From IMG/VR virus record IMGVR_UViG_3300032883_000203: 39,624 nt of DNA, one strand, 5' to 3'. The notes under the pieces were generated by a model, which ran no database searches, had not been told where the DNA came from, and saw only the letters and a program-made list of their open reading frames with translations. Origin of the DNA: a virus. Positions 8,773 to 16,185 of the stretch are shown in pieces. The position numbers were made by a program, and so were the translations under genes. Each line of letters begins with the position of its first letter. Position 1 is the stretch's first letter.

Positions 8773-9210
8773 TTAGGGCCCCGCTGCGTAGTAGACATCG
8801 TAGAACCCGACCAGCGTACCGATCCCGAACAGCACCTCGCCCCGGCTTGCCTGCTTGAATTGCAGCGCAGCGAGGTTGGAACGCGTCGCCGCGGCGCTGC
8901 TCGTGTAGACAGCAAGCGCCTGCGCCTTGATGTTCGAGCTGTTGATGGCTACAGAGCCTTGAGCTGCCGTGATGATGGCTTGCCACAGGTCACGCTGCTG
9001 CTGGTTGAGCGCCAAGTACTCCGAAGCTACCACCGCGTTCTGCAGGTCCTGGGCGTTCACATAAGCAACGCTGGTGCTCTGCCCGTTCGCGGGGTTGTTC
9101 AGTACGTCGGCGATGCCGGACCAGTTCTTGGCAGCGACGAGCGCGGCATATCCGAGCGCGTTCGGGTCGCTCTGTATCTCCACCTTGAGCAGCTGCGTGA
9201 CGATGGCCAC
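8773..9210 (-). CDS. Hypothetical protein, 145 aa
   Basis: ORF tightly packed between flanking ORFs; no motif recognised. Confidence 0.5.
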   Translation of the reverse strand: MAIVTQLLKVEIQSDPNALGYAALVAAKNWSGIADVLNNPANGQSTSVAYVNAQDLQNAVVASEYLALNQQQRDLWQAIITAAQGSVAINSSNIKAQALAVYTSSAAATRSNLAALQFKQASRGEVLFGIGTLVGFYDVYYAAGP

Positions 9211-9212
9211 GA

Positions 9213-9617
9213 TCAGTGCTCCGGCAGGATCAGGACGTAGCTGGTGACGGAGACGCTGGCACCCTGGGCGAAGTTGTTCGTGTTGAAGTTCATGTCCGAG
9301 GCTGCCGTGCTGATGCTGCCGTCGATCTGGACCACCCGGCTGGACGACACGGCCCGATAGAACAGCGCAATGCCGGAGCTGGTCGCCGTGGTGGCCGTGA
9401 TGGCGTTGGCGGTCCAGGTGCTCGAGGCCGCGGTGCCGGCTGTACCACCGAATGCAAGCTCGGCCAGCAGGAAATGGCTTGCCGTGGTGTTGGTGTTGGC
9501 ATCCGCGGGCTGGCTGGATCCCGCATAGATGTCGATGAATCCGGAGTTCAGTTGCACACCGATGGCGGCCAGCGCTGTCGATGCACTGGTGTTGCTCTGA
9601 AACAGGTTCGATGGCAT
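9213..9617 (-). CDS. Hypothetical protein (putative virion-associated), 134 aa
   Basis: ORF; Ala/Thr/Ser-rich and beta-rich (IDIYAGSSQPADANT...LAELAFGG...ALFYRAV...IDGSIS). Confidence 0.5.
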   Translation of the reverse strand: MPSNLFQSNTSASTALAAIGVQLNSGFIDIYAGSSQPADANTNTTASHFLLAELAFGGTAGTAASSTWTANAITATTATSSGIALFYRAVSSSRVVQIDGSISTAASDMNFNTNNFAQGASVSVTSYVLILPEH

Positions 9618-9722
9618 TTACTTGGCCTCCTCTTTCATCTGGCGAAGGTTGGAAGCCCCGCCACCCACAATTGGCACCGGTACTGGTGCGGGTTGCTCTG
9701 CTGGCTTCTGTTCATCGCTCAT
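9618..9722 (-). CDS. Possible micro-ORF, 34 aa (MSDEQKPAEQPAPVPVPIVGGGASNLRQMKEEAK)
   Basis: Its ATG overlaps the portal stop (ATGA) and its TAA abuts the next ATG, so it fills the portal-9617 gap exactly. Below the ORF-track length cut-off. Confidence 0.3.
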   Translation of the reverse strand: MSDEQKPAEQPAPVPVPIVGGGASNLRQMKEEAK

Positions 9723-12094
9723 TGCACTGTCGTCCTTTTCACCCGCTTCGCCTTGGCAATGCGGTTGGTTTTCGGGTCACGCTCGAAATGGATCTCGATG
9801 TCGTTCATGTCCTTCATGCGAGCCTCGAGTTCCTTCACCTGCGTGTGCAGCTTCTCGTTTTCCTTGTCGTACTTGGTGAGATCAGGCTCCTTGCTGGCCA
9901 TCTCCCGAGCCTTCATGTCCTGTTGCATCTGGGCTATCTGCAAATCCTTGCCCATCTTGAGCAAGTCGGTATGGAACTGCAGTTGCATTTGCGCCACCTT
10001 GGCCTCGAAGTCGGCCTGCACCTTGGCAAGCTGGTGCTCGGTATGCGCACCCTGTCCGTTGCCCTCTGCCATCTTTACCTGCAGCGCCGCTATCTTTGCC
10101 TCGAAGTCCGCCTGGACCTTGGTCATCTTGGCTTCGTAGTCCTTGGCGATGGACTCGCGGTCGTTCATGACGCTCATGCGGTCGATCTCTCGGTCCTTCT
10201 CTTTGTCGCCCAGCATGGCAACAGCCTTGTCGTGCTCCTGCTTCAGTTGCTGCATCTGCTGCATCAGGGAGGAAACAAGGGCTTTCGCTTCGGGCGGGAG
10301 CTGGTCGAGCTTCTTGTCGAGCAGGTGCGGCGGCAGCATGGAAGCCAGGCGCGAGCCAATTTCCTCAGCACCCGGCCAGTCCATATTCTTGGCAATCAGG
10401 TCTCCAATGAGCGGCCCGGACTGTGGCACGGCCTTCATGAACGCTAGCATGGAGTCGGCTGCTTCAGCCCGCTTGGTGGCAAAGCTGGGACCGACCGTCA
10501 CGGCCACGTCGTAGTCGCCGAGCTTAGGGTTGTAGAGGCGCTCGAGCCGGCCGTCATGGGTCTGGCGCTGCCCGTGCGGTGTCTGCAGGTTGGGGTCGAC
10601 CTTCACCCGTTCTTCAGATCCGTCCTCTCGCAGGATAGTAAGAACCCTGGGGGTGTCGTAAATCTTCGGGATAAGATCAATGAGAATCCGTCCGGTATGT
10701 TTAAGACTTCGGGAAAGGTTGTCGACGTAGTGAAAATTTCCCAGGTCCCCGGTCCGCTTAAGCTCACGTAGTGCTCGTCCAGATTCATCGTAGGTGCGCT
10801 CCTGCAAAGTGGCATCGAACCTGATACCGGTCGTTGCCTGCATGTCCTGAGCGGCGCTGATCTTGGCTTGTACAACACCAGCAGGCGGGCCAGCGAACTG
10901 CTGACGCTGCGGGGGCGGCGCAGGCTTGCCGGCCAGGTTCACGCCCTTGTAGAGCAGGTAGGGCAAGGACTTGTTGTTCGCTTCCTTCCACCGTTGCTCG
11001 TGTCCTTCTATCTGGCCCTCTTCCATCACCCACGGGGCTTTCGGGGCAAGGGCAATCAGCTCGGTCTCGCTGGTCACCCAGAAGTTGTACATGCGCTGGG
11101 CATCCTTGGCGTCACGGATCAAGCCGGCAAGGTTGGTCTTGCCCTCGATGTCGATCTCGTCGCCGATGACCTTGACGATAGGTATCCATTTGCCGGGCCA
11201 GTCCTGTTCCTCGAGGATCTCCTTGGCGGTGAGCTTGTACCACTTGATCTTGCGCTGCTGCACGTCACGCTCATCGACCCGCTCGGCATCCTTCAGGGAC
11301 TCGTCCAGTTCATCCTCGAATCCCACGTGACCGTTCGCGAGGTGGACGAGCTTCCGTTCCTCGTTCTCCACGCAGAAGTATTCAGCGATGCGGATGTGGC
11401 TCGAGGTTGACCAGTTCTTGTACTCGTCGCCGATGCCGCCCTCTTCCCATGGATAGTCATGGGCATCGGGGAACATTTCCTTGAACTCTTCCCGCGGGAT
11501 CATGTCGCTGATGAATCCCCACTTGGCGTCAGAGCCGTCTGGCTCCTCGCTGTCCGTGTCCAGGTAGACCCTGAACGGGTTCTTGATGCGGGCAATCTTC
11601 ACGACCTGGTCGAAGGTGTCGTCGTCTTCGTAGTCGGTCAGGATGCGCCAGTAGCCCCAACCATTCGATACGGCGTTGTCGAACGCGGTGTCATACGCAA
11701 CATCGGCATTGCACTGGCGCTCGATCTGCCGGATCAGGCCCTTGAGCATCTGCGCTGTCTCTGGGTCGGACTTGTCACCGACCGGGCTCACGTTGATGGC
11801 TGGACGGTTCTGCCGCTGGTCGTTCGTTATCTGGTGCACGAACGTCTTCATCTTGTTTATGGTGAGGCACGGGCGCTTCTCGAGCGTGCGGCTGGCCCTC
11901 ACCTGCTCCGGCCACTGGTCCCCGGCCTTGAAGCGAAGGTCTTCCACGGCCATCTGCCGGTTACGCGACTCCTGGGATTCGGCACGGTTGAAGCGCTTGA
12001 CGATCTTCGCAATCTTGACGTCCTGACCCTGCTCGGTCTTCTCGTCGTAGTCGTCCTCGTCGGGCTTGCGGTCTGTCTGTATCGGTCCGGCCAT
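9719..12094 (-). CDS. Portal protein, 791 aa, with a long C-terminal coiled-coil extension
   Basis: VEDLRFKAGDQWPEQVRASRTLEKRPCLTINKMKTFVHQITNDQRQNRPAINVSP...SNGWGYWRIL portal-type block. Position after TerL. C-terminal about 150 aa is helical with a duplicated KVQADFEAK unit. Confidence 0.85.
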   Translation of the reverse strand: MAGPIQTDRKPDEDDYDEKTEQGQDVKIAKIVKRFNRAESQESRNRQMAVEDLRFKAGDQWPEQVRASRTLEKRPCLTINKMKTFVHQITNDQRQNRPAINVSPVGDKSDPETAQMLKGLIRQIERQCNADVAYDTAFDNAVSNGWGYWRILTDYEDDDTFDQVVKIARIKNPFRVYLDTDSEEPDGSDAKWGFISDMIPREEFKEMFPDAHDYPWEEGGIGDEYKNWSTSSHIRIAEYFCVENEERKLVHLANGHVGFEDELDESLKDAERVDERDVQQRKIKWYKLTAKEILEEQDWPGKWIPIVKVIGDEIDIEGKTNLAGLIRDAKDAQRMYNFWVTSETELIALAPKAPWVMEEGQIEGHEQRWKEANNKSLPYLLYKGVNLAGKPAPPPQRQQFAGPPAGVVQAKISAAQDMQATTGIRFDATLQERTYDESGRALRELKRTGDLGNFHYVDNLSRSLKHTGRILIDLIPKIYDTPRVLTILREDGSEERVKVDPNLQTPHGQRQTHDGRLERLYNPKLGDYDVAVTVGPSFATKRAEAADSMLAFMKAVPQSGPLIGDLIAKNMDWPGAEEIGSRLASMLPPHLLDKKLDQLPPEAKALVSSLMQQMQQLKQEHDKAVAMLGDKEKDREIDRMSVMNDRESIAKDYEAKMTKVQADFEAKIAALQVKMAEGNGQGAHTEHQLAKVQADFEAKVAQMQLQFHTDLLKMGKDLQIAQMQQDMKAREMASKEPDLTKYDKENEKLHTQVKELEARMKDMNDIEIHFERDPKTNRIAKAKRVKRTTVQ

Positions 12095-12474
12095 CAGCGG
12101 GCTTCCTCATCAAATACCACGCGCCCGTTCGGCAATACCAGCTTGTTACCCTGCCACGCAGGAGCGCCGGGCATGGCCCACTGTGATTCGTTGCTGAACG
12201 TCTTGTGATATGGAGTCTTCCAGATGTCCGGGTAGTGAATGGCATTGTCCACAGGATTGATGGCAGACACTGCACGCGGGTCCTGCTCCTGAAGCGCCTT
12301 GTAAAACCCTCGCATGTCGTAATCAGCAACAGTATCGGCAGGGTTGAATGGCACCTTGTTGGCCTTCACCCATTGCTGGAACGCAACCTCGGCATCCGGT
12401 GACAAGACAGTGGTGTACTGACCCTGCGCCGCATACTTCTTGTTGCGTTGCATGTTGGCTCGAAGCTCGCTCAT
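12094..12474 (-). CDS. Hypothetical protein, 126 aa (start taken at MSELRANMQ; ORF-track start 12546 overlaps the upstream gene)
   Basis: ORF; its stop overlaps the portal ATG by 1 nt. Confidence 0.45.
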   Translation of the reverse strand: MSELRANMQRNKKYAAQGQYTTVLSPDAEVAFQQWVKANKVPFNPADTVADYDMRGFYKALQEQDPRAVSAINPVDNAIHYPDIWKTPYHKTFSNESQWAMPGAPAWQGNKLVLPNGRVVFDEEAR

Positions 12475-12484
12475 GTATTTGTCG

Positions 12485-12718
12485 TCAGCCAATCTCGATC
12501 TCATGTGGTTGAACCTTGGACGCCAGGCAGCCGAGCACGTAGTCACGGAAGGCTTCGCGGCGCTCCCGGTTCTTGCTGCCGGGCTTGTTCTCGATGTCGG
12601 CAGAGAACGTGCCCTCGGGCGTGGTGGCCATCATGCGCAGGGCATCGCGGTCGTTCTCGATGTCGTAGAACTCGTAGTCACTGAAGCGAACGAAGTAGGT
12701 CTCGGTCATCCCATCCAT
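12485..12718 (-). CDS. Hypothetical protein, 77 aa
   Basis: ORF between TerL and the next gene; acidic. Confidence 0.4.
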   Translation of the reverse strand: MDGMTETYFVRFSDYEFYDIENDRDALRMMATTPEGTFSADIENKPGSKNRERREAFRDYVLGCLASKVQPHEIEIG

Positions 12719-13977
12719 GCGACCCCCTCATCACCCTTGCTGTAGGCCAGCACACGGACTTCTGGCTTGGCTACCTGCTTGCGCGGCAGGCCGATGCATT
12801 CACCGAGCGTGCGCAGCGCATCGGCAGCATGGGAGTTGTCATCGTGCAACGGCTCCTTGGCCCACTGCCCGTGCTCGTTGATGTCGTACCGGTAATGGCG
12901 CAACGCCTGGAGCCCGTCCTTGCAGTGCTGCTCATCGAACCATAGGCGGTTGAACAGGGACTTGGTGGCGTTGATGCCGAGCTTCTTGTCGGGAATGCGC
13001 TGGACCGTGACGACCTTGTGGCCGACGTCCTTCATCTGCTTGGAGATGGACGGCGCCGCCAGGGTCTCATGGTCGGCATCGTGTGGCAGGTAATGCTCGG
13101 CGTAGACATAGCCGCGGTTCTGAATCTTCTCGAGGTAGTGCGAGAGCTTCTGCAGCCGGTTCTGGTAGAAGTCGATGATGTGATAGTCGAAGCCTACCTT
13201 CTGCGCGAACCAGATGGACGTGCAGTCGCTGAACCCCAGGTCCCAGAAGGTGTGCACGGGAACGCGATGGTCGTAGGCAACCCGGGTGATGCGCCCCTCG
13301 TCGGTGGCCTCGCGCAGCTCGGTGGCGTAGATGGCGCCATCCAGCGTGACGCGGCAATGACCCTCCCAGATGTTCAGGTACGCATCTGGGTCGCGGTTCT
13401 TGAGTGTCTCCATCTCTTCACGGAGCACATCAGGAAACCAGGGATTGTCAGACCAGTTGACCTTGGCCACGAACGTATGCGGGGGCGGGTTGAGCACGAA
13501 GCGCTCGTATGTCTCGTCGCTGTCCAGCTCGGGGTTGAACGTGACCCATATCTCGGAGCTGGCCTTGCGGATGGTCGGGATCAGCGTCTCCCAGCTCGAC
13601 TTGCTCACCGTCTGGGCTTCCTCCACCCAGCAGCGATCCACGCCCTCGTAGGACTTGATCTTGTTGACGTTGTGGCGCAGGCCCTCGAAACTGAACTCGG
13701 TGCCGTTGGCGCCCTTGATGCTGTTGAGCGTGATCTCGTAGAAGTCCTCGAGGCCCAGGGCATAAACCTGGTCGGCAAGGAGCTTGTGCACGCTGTCCTT
13801 GATGCTGGACTGGAACTCACGGGCACAGAGGATACGCAGCGGGCTGCGCCATCCCTGGAACAGCAGCGCCCGGGCACAGGCCCAGGACTTCGCACCCCCG
13901 CGGCCGCCGTACGCTACCTTGTAGCGATGGGACTGGAGCAGGAACTCAAGGCGCTTTGGTAGTTGCAACGTCAGCAT
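12706..13977 (-). CDS. terL: Terminase large subunit, 423 aa
   Basis: RYKVAYGGRGGAKSW Walker-A block; CWVEEAQ (Walker-B-like); C-terminal nuclease-like HYLPHDADH...DDNSHAADAL; upstream of the portal gene. Confidence 0.85.
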   Translation of the reverse strand: MLTLQLPKRLEFLLQSHRYKVAYGGRGGAKSWACARALLFQGWRSPLRILCAREFQSSIKDSVHKLLADQVYALGLEDFYEITLNSIKGANGTEFSFEGLRHNVNKIKSYEGVDRCWVEEAQTVSKSSWETLIPTIRKASSEIWVTFNPELDSDETYERFVLNPPPHTFVAKVNWSDNPWFPDVLREEMETLKNRDPDAYLNIWEGHCRVTLDGAIYATELREATDEGRITRVAYDHRVPVHTFWDLGFSDCTSIWFAQKVGFDYHIIDFYQNRLQKLSHYLEKIQNRGYVYAEHYLPHDADHETLAAPSISKQMKDVGHKVVTVQRIPDKKLGINATKSLFNRLWFDEQHCKDGLQALRHYRYDINEHGQWAKEPLHDDNSHAADALRTLGECIGLPRKQVAKPEVRVLAYSKGDEGVAWMG

Positions 13978-14209
13978 TGACGAACTCCACTACTGCCCTG
14001 AGTTCGACAGGCTGATCAGGGTCGCCCGTATGCTCAATCGATGACAATTCAGGCAAAGTACGCTTCAGAAGTATCTCGATTGCCTTGATTTGAGTCGATG
14101 AGAGTTCAATTTTGTCACTGATATGATCTTGCAATCGATTTATCAGCTGACTTGTCTGAATCTTGGCCCGTACCTCGTCCTGGTGATGGGCGCGGATACG
14201 GGCAGCCAC
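13946..14209 (-). CDS. Putative terminase small subunit, 87 aa
   Basis: Immediately upstream of and overlapping TerL. VRAKIQTSQLINRLQDH...SSTQIKAIEILLKRTLPEL resembles small-terminase N-terminal regions I recall. Confidence 0.5.
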   Translation of the reverse strand: MAARIRAHHQDEVRAKIQTSQLINRLQDHISDKIELSSTQIKAIEILLKRTLPELSSIEHTGDPDQPVELRAVVEFVNADVATTKAP

Positions 14210-14210
14210 A

Positions 14211-14447
14211 TCAGCCCCGAATCTTCTGTGTGTTCTTTGGGTAGCTGCCGGTCAGCTTGCCCGATCCCTGCTTCATGATGGCAGCCTGTGGGGTGGGCTT
14301 GCTACCGCCGCTGACGCCGCCCATGCCGGCGATCTTATAGCCCTCACCTGACCGGTTGGCTGATGGATCGTTGGGCGCATCAGGGTCCTGGCTGTTGCCG
14401 ATGGGCTGGCCGAAGTAGTGGGTGAACGTACCGTTGCGCTTGCTCAT
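14211..14447 (-). CDS. Small basic Gly-rich protein, 78 aa
   Basis: ORF; C-terminal ...KNTQKIRG shares the NTQKIR motif with the 14683-14895 product. Confidence 0.5.
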   Translation of the reverse strand: MSKRNGTFTHYFGQPIGNSQDPDAPNDPSANRSGEGYKIAGMGGVSGGSKPTPQAAIMKQGSGKLTGSYPKNTQKIRG

Positions 14448-14680
14448 TTCTTCTTCCCCTGCTTGCTGGCGAGCCAGGCGGCATCCAGTTTGGCTTTGCC
14501 TGCCTTGGCTCGTTCGTCGTACTCGGCTTGGCTGATCTGCTTCCCGATGCCGCGGGTAGGTGCTGCAGCAACCTTCGTTGGCGCAGCTGGCGCCTTGCCG
14601 CCCACGTCTTCAGCAGTCATCGCACCGGACTGGACAAGTCCTTTCTTGGTGCGGGCTGATACACCGTCAGGGCGAGCCAT
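14444..14680 (-). CDS. Small Lys/Ala-rich basic protein, 78 aa
   Basis: ORF; 4-nt overlap with the downstream gene. Confidence 0.5.
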   Translation of the reverse strand: MARPDGVSARTKKGLVQSGAMTAEDVGGKAPAAPTKVAAAPTRGIGKQISQAEYDERAKAGKAKLDAAWLASKQGKKK

Positions 14681-14682
14681 GA

Positions 14683-14895
14683 TCAGCCCTTGTTGCCGGT
14701 GCCTTCGGTGCTGTTGCTGGGCCGGATCTTCTGGGTATTGACCGGGTTGCTGGACTCGATGTTGTACTTGCCACCCTGGGGGCGGGAGCCGGAACCGACA
14801 GCGTAGCCGATCATGGCTGACTTGCCGCCGCCATTGGCTTTCTGGCTGACTGTCTTATTGCTCACGCCGACACCCTGTGATTTGCTGGGTTTCAT
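14683..14895 (-). CDS. Small basic Gly-rich protein, 70 aa (internal start MKPSKSQG of the 201-aa track ORF)
   Basis: AAGGGA upstream of ATG 14895. The upstream part of the track ORF runs through the AT-rich non-coding region. Confidence 0.5.
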   Translation of the reverse strand: MKPSKSQGVGVSNKTVSQKANGGGKSAMIGYAVGSGSRPQGGKYNIESSNPVNTQKIRPSNSTEGTGNKG

Positions 14896-14897
14896 GT

Positions 14898-15053
14898 CTA
14901 TTTCCCTTTCTTGGGTTTGGACTGATGTTTCGGAGGTTTGCCGGTAGCGAGTGCCTGACCGGTACTGGCCTGACAAATGGCGGCAGCAGATCCCCTGCTG
15001 TGGGTCTGCTTCACTTTCTGATAGCAGCGGTCGACTTTCGTCCCTGTCGGCAT
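14898..15053 (-). CDS. Possible small basic protein, 51 aa (MPTGTKVDRCYQKVKQTHSRG...KPPKHQSKPKKGK)
   Basis: GGAGAA 4 nt upstream of ATG 15053; stop 2 nt before the next ATG; composition similar to the following small proteins. Below the ORF-track cut-off. Confidence 0.35.
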   Translation of the reverse strand: MPTGTKVDRCYQKVKQTHSRGSAAAICQASTGQALATGKPPKHQSKPKKGK

Positions 15054-15068
15054 TGTGTTCTCCGGCTG

Positions 15069-15088
15069 TTGACCCTATGTAAACCTGT
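15069..15088. repeat. 20-bp direct repeat copy 1 (TTGACCCTATGTAAACCTGT)
   Basis: 18/20 identical to 15201-15220; overlaps the -10 of the candidate late promoter. Confidence 0.8.
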
Positions 15089-15104
15089 TTGTGTGAAGTG
15101 TCAA
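15076..15104 (-). promoter_or_regulatory. Candidate sigma70-type promoter for the late operon (-35 TTGACA, 17-nt spacer, -10 TACATA)
   Basis: Read on the minus strand directly upstream of the first late ORF. The -10 is weak, so an activator may be needed. Confidence 0.3.
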
Positions 15105-15165
15105 CTGGTCGTGTGATCATACAAATTGCCGATTGTTCACACACATTATGTTTACTCGGGGAGAA

Positions 15166-15196
15166 GTTCATACAAAACCCTGTCAATAGTATGAAC
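15166..15196. promoter_or_regulatory. Inverted repeat GTTCATAC-N15-GTATGAAC in the AT-rich spacer
   Basis: Perfect 8-bp arms read directly. Confidence 0.6.
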
Positions 15197-15200
15197 CCCC

Positions 15201-15220
15201 TTGACCCTATTAAAACCTGT
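15201..15220. repeat. 20-bp direct repeat copy 2 (TTGACCCTATTAAAACCTGT)
   Basis: 18/20 identical to 15069-15088, 132 bp away. Confidence 0.8.
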
Positions 15221-15358
15221 CTATCAATCAAGTAATTACGGTGTAAGACGAATATTTTATTCGTAATACGCAATTCTGGGGTTAGCATCTGTTTATGGGT
15301 TTCGCTTCGCTCGCTTTCGCTCGCTATGCACCGGAACCCAGCTACAGACCCAGTGAGT

Positions 15359-15396
15359 GCGGGCCTGTGGAGCCACCCAAGCTCAGACAGGCCCGC
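15359..15396. other. Perfect 10-bp-stem hairpin (GCGGGCCTGT-N18-ACAGGCCCGC) in non-coding DNA
   Basis: Arms are exact reverse complements; the loop contains a nested GAGC/GCTC stem; no U-tract on either strand. Confidence 0.7.
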
Positions 15397-15451
15397 TCAG
15401 CACAGGGTCATGAGCATGTTTGAGTGATGAGCAACAACATGGTCCTGCGCA

Positions 15452-15492
15452 GTGCCCTCGCCTCTGAGCCTTGTGGGCTCCAGGCGGGGCAC
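15452..15492 (-). other. Long imperfect hairpin (about 16 bp in three stacked segments) 14 nt downstream of the 15506 stop
   Basis: GTGCCC/GGGCAC, CGCCT/AGGCG and GAGCC/GGCTC segments read directly. No U-tract, so it may be an RNA stability/processing or factor-dependent termination element. Confidence 0.5.
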
Positions 15493-15505
15493 ACGCTGAA
15501 CCTGG

Positions 15506-15811
15506 TTATGGGTTTGGGTTCAGGGGTGGGGGTGCAGGGGGAGGGGATTTTTTGGCTGTTAGCCGGTAGCGCTCGCTCGAGCGTTTCCATTCCCGGACCT
15601 TGTCGGGGTTTTCCCGCTTGTACTTGTTGACGGCCTTTTTGATTCTGGCCTTGTTCTTCTGGTAATACTCCCGCTGCTTGGCCCGTACCTTTTCCCTGTT
15701 GGCCAGGTAATAGGCCCTCATGTACTCGGCCTTCTCGGACTTGCCCTCTTCCTGAACGATCCTCCTTGCTCCCTTAATGGGCGGGTGCATGGGGTAGAAC
15801 AGGTCGCGCAT
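15506..15811 (-). CDS. Basic protein with tandem YY..N.EK-type repeats and a Pro-rich tail, 101 aa (putative nucleic-acid-binding regulator)
   Basis: AAGGAG 5 nt upstream of ATG 15811; AYYLANREKVRAKQREYYQKNKARIKKAVNKYKRENPDKVREWKR. Confidence 0.55.
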   Translation of the reverse strand: MRDLFYPMHPPIKGARRIVQEEGKSEKAEYMRAYYLANREKVRAKQREYYQKNKARIKKAVNKYKRENPDKVREWKRSSERYRLTAKKSPPPAPPPLNPNP

Positions 15812-15831
15812 GTCAGCTCCTTGGCGGGACG

Positions 15832-15872
15832 AAAAAAAGCCCCTCAATCGCCGGGAGGGACGGCAGAGGGGC
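15832..15872 (-). terminator. Candidate intrinsic terminator (GCCCCTC-N20-GAGGGGC followed by T7) at the 3' end of the Cro-like gene
   Basis: 7-bp GC stem plus a U7 tract on the minus strand; the stop codon lies in the 3' arm. Confidence 0.5.
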
Positions 15873-16053
15873 TGGAATCGGTCGTGCTGACCCGAGGGAG
15901 GGACTGACTGGCGCCCATCCTATCCCTGAGCTGATAGACGCGCAACTCGGGCACGGTCCCTTTCCACAAATACGTGGCTTGTGTGGTAATTCCCAGCAGC
16001 TTTGCCAGCTCCCGCCTCGAGCCGGCCAACGCTATCGCTTCGTCTGTGTTCAT
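15844..16053 (-). CDS. Cro/YdaS-like helix-turn-helix DNA-binding protein, 69 aa (start at MNTDEAI)
   Basis: AIALAGSRRELAKLLGITTQATYLWKG..VPE HTH pattern; first gene of the leftward transcript. Confidence 0.6.
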   Translation of the reverse strand: MNTDEAIALAGSRRELAKLLGITTQATYLWKGTVPELRVYQLRDRMGASQSLPRVSTTDSSPSAVPPGD

Positions 16054-16059
16054 GAGCCC

Positions 16060-16087
16060 ATGATACACGAACAAAGAATAATTGCAA
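16060..16087 (-). promoter_or_regulatory. Candidate leftward promoter (-35 TTGCAA, 16-nt spacer, -10 TATCAT), giving a near-leaderless cro-like mRNA
   Basis: The -10 ends 6 nt before ATG 16053. Confidence 0.4.
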
Positions 16088-16090
16088 AAG

Positions 16091-16114
16091 GTGCTTGACA
16101 AGGCACTCAAGCAC
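16091..16114. promoter_or_regulatory. Operator-like inverted repeat GTGCTTGA-N8-TCAAGCAC
   Basis: Perfect 8-bp arms between the divergent promoters, overlapping the rightward -35. Confidence 0.45.
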
Positions 16115-16123
16115 GCTTACGGT
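16095..16123 (+). promoter_or_regulatory. Candidate rightward early promoter (-35 TTGACA, 17-nt spacer, -10 TACGGT)
   Basis: Perfect -35 and a weak TAnnnT -10, about 60 nt upstream of the first plus-strand ORF. Confidence 0.35.
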
Positions 16124-16185
16124 TCAACCGTGCACTTCGCACCAGCAAGCAGGCCCTGAAGGGCCATACAAACAGGAACCGGACC

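Noticed and set aside
6944-8986. 680-aa minus-strand ORF overlapping three genes in another frame
   Set aside because: Its composition is extreme (Arg/His/Cys/Gly), it spans several independently supported genes, and it contains no motifs. It shows that long alternative-frame ORFs arise by chance here, which tempers the 18453-19151 observation.
14896-15288. N-terminal extension of the 14683-15288 track ORF (201 aa)
   Set aside because: The extension runs through the AT-rich repeat-containing non-coding region and has an odd Cys-rich composition. An internal ATG (14895) has its own RBS and gives a 70-aa product similar in style to its neighbours.
15289-15505. Search for a tRNA or an integrase attachment core in the non-coding region
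   Set aside because: I could not fold a cloverleaf with acceptor and T-arm features from the sequence. No integrase exists that would use an attP.
15509-15555. G-rich tract (gggtttgggttcaggggtgggggtgcagggggagggg) as a possible G-quadruplex or regulatory element
   Set aside because: It is explained as the complement of the Pro-rich C-terminal coding sequence (…KKSPPPAPPPLNPNP) of the 15506-15811 gene.
16054-16110. Upstream ATG (16110) for the Cro-like gene
   Set aside because: It would place the promoter and operator elements inside the coding sequence and add a non-HTH leader (MSALSSTFCNYSLFVYHGL). ATG 16053 fits typical Cro/YdaS length.
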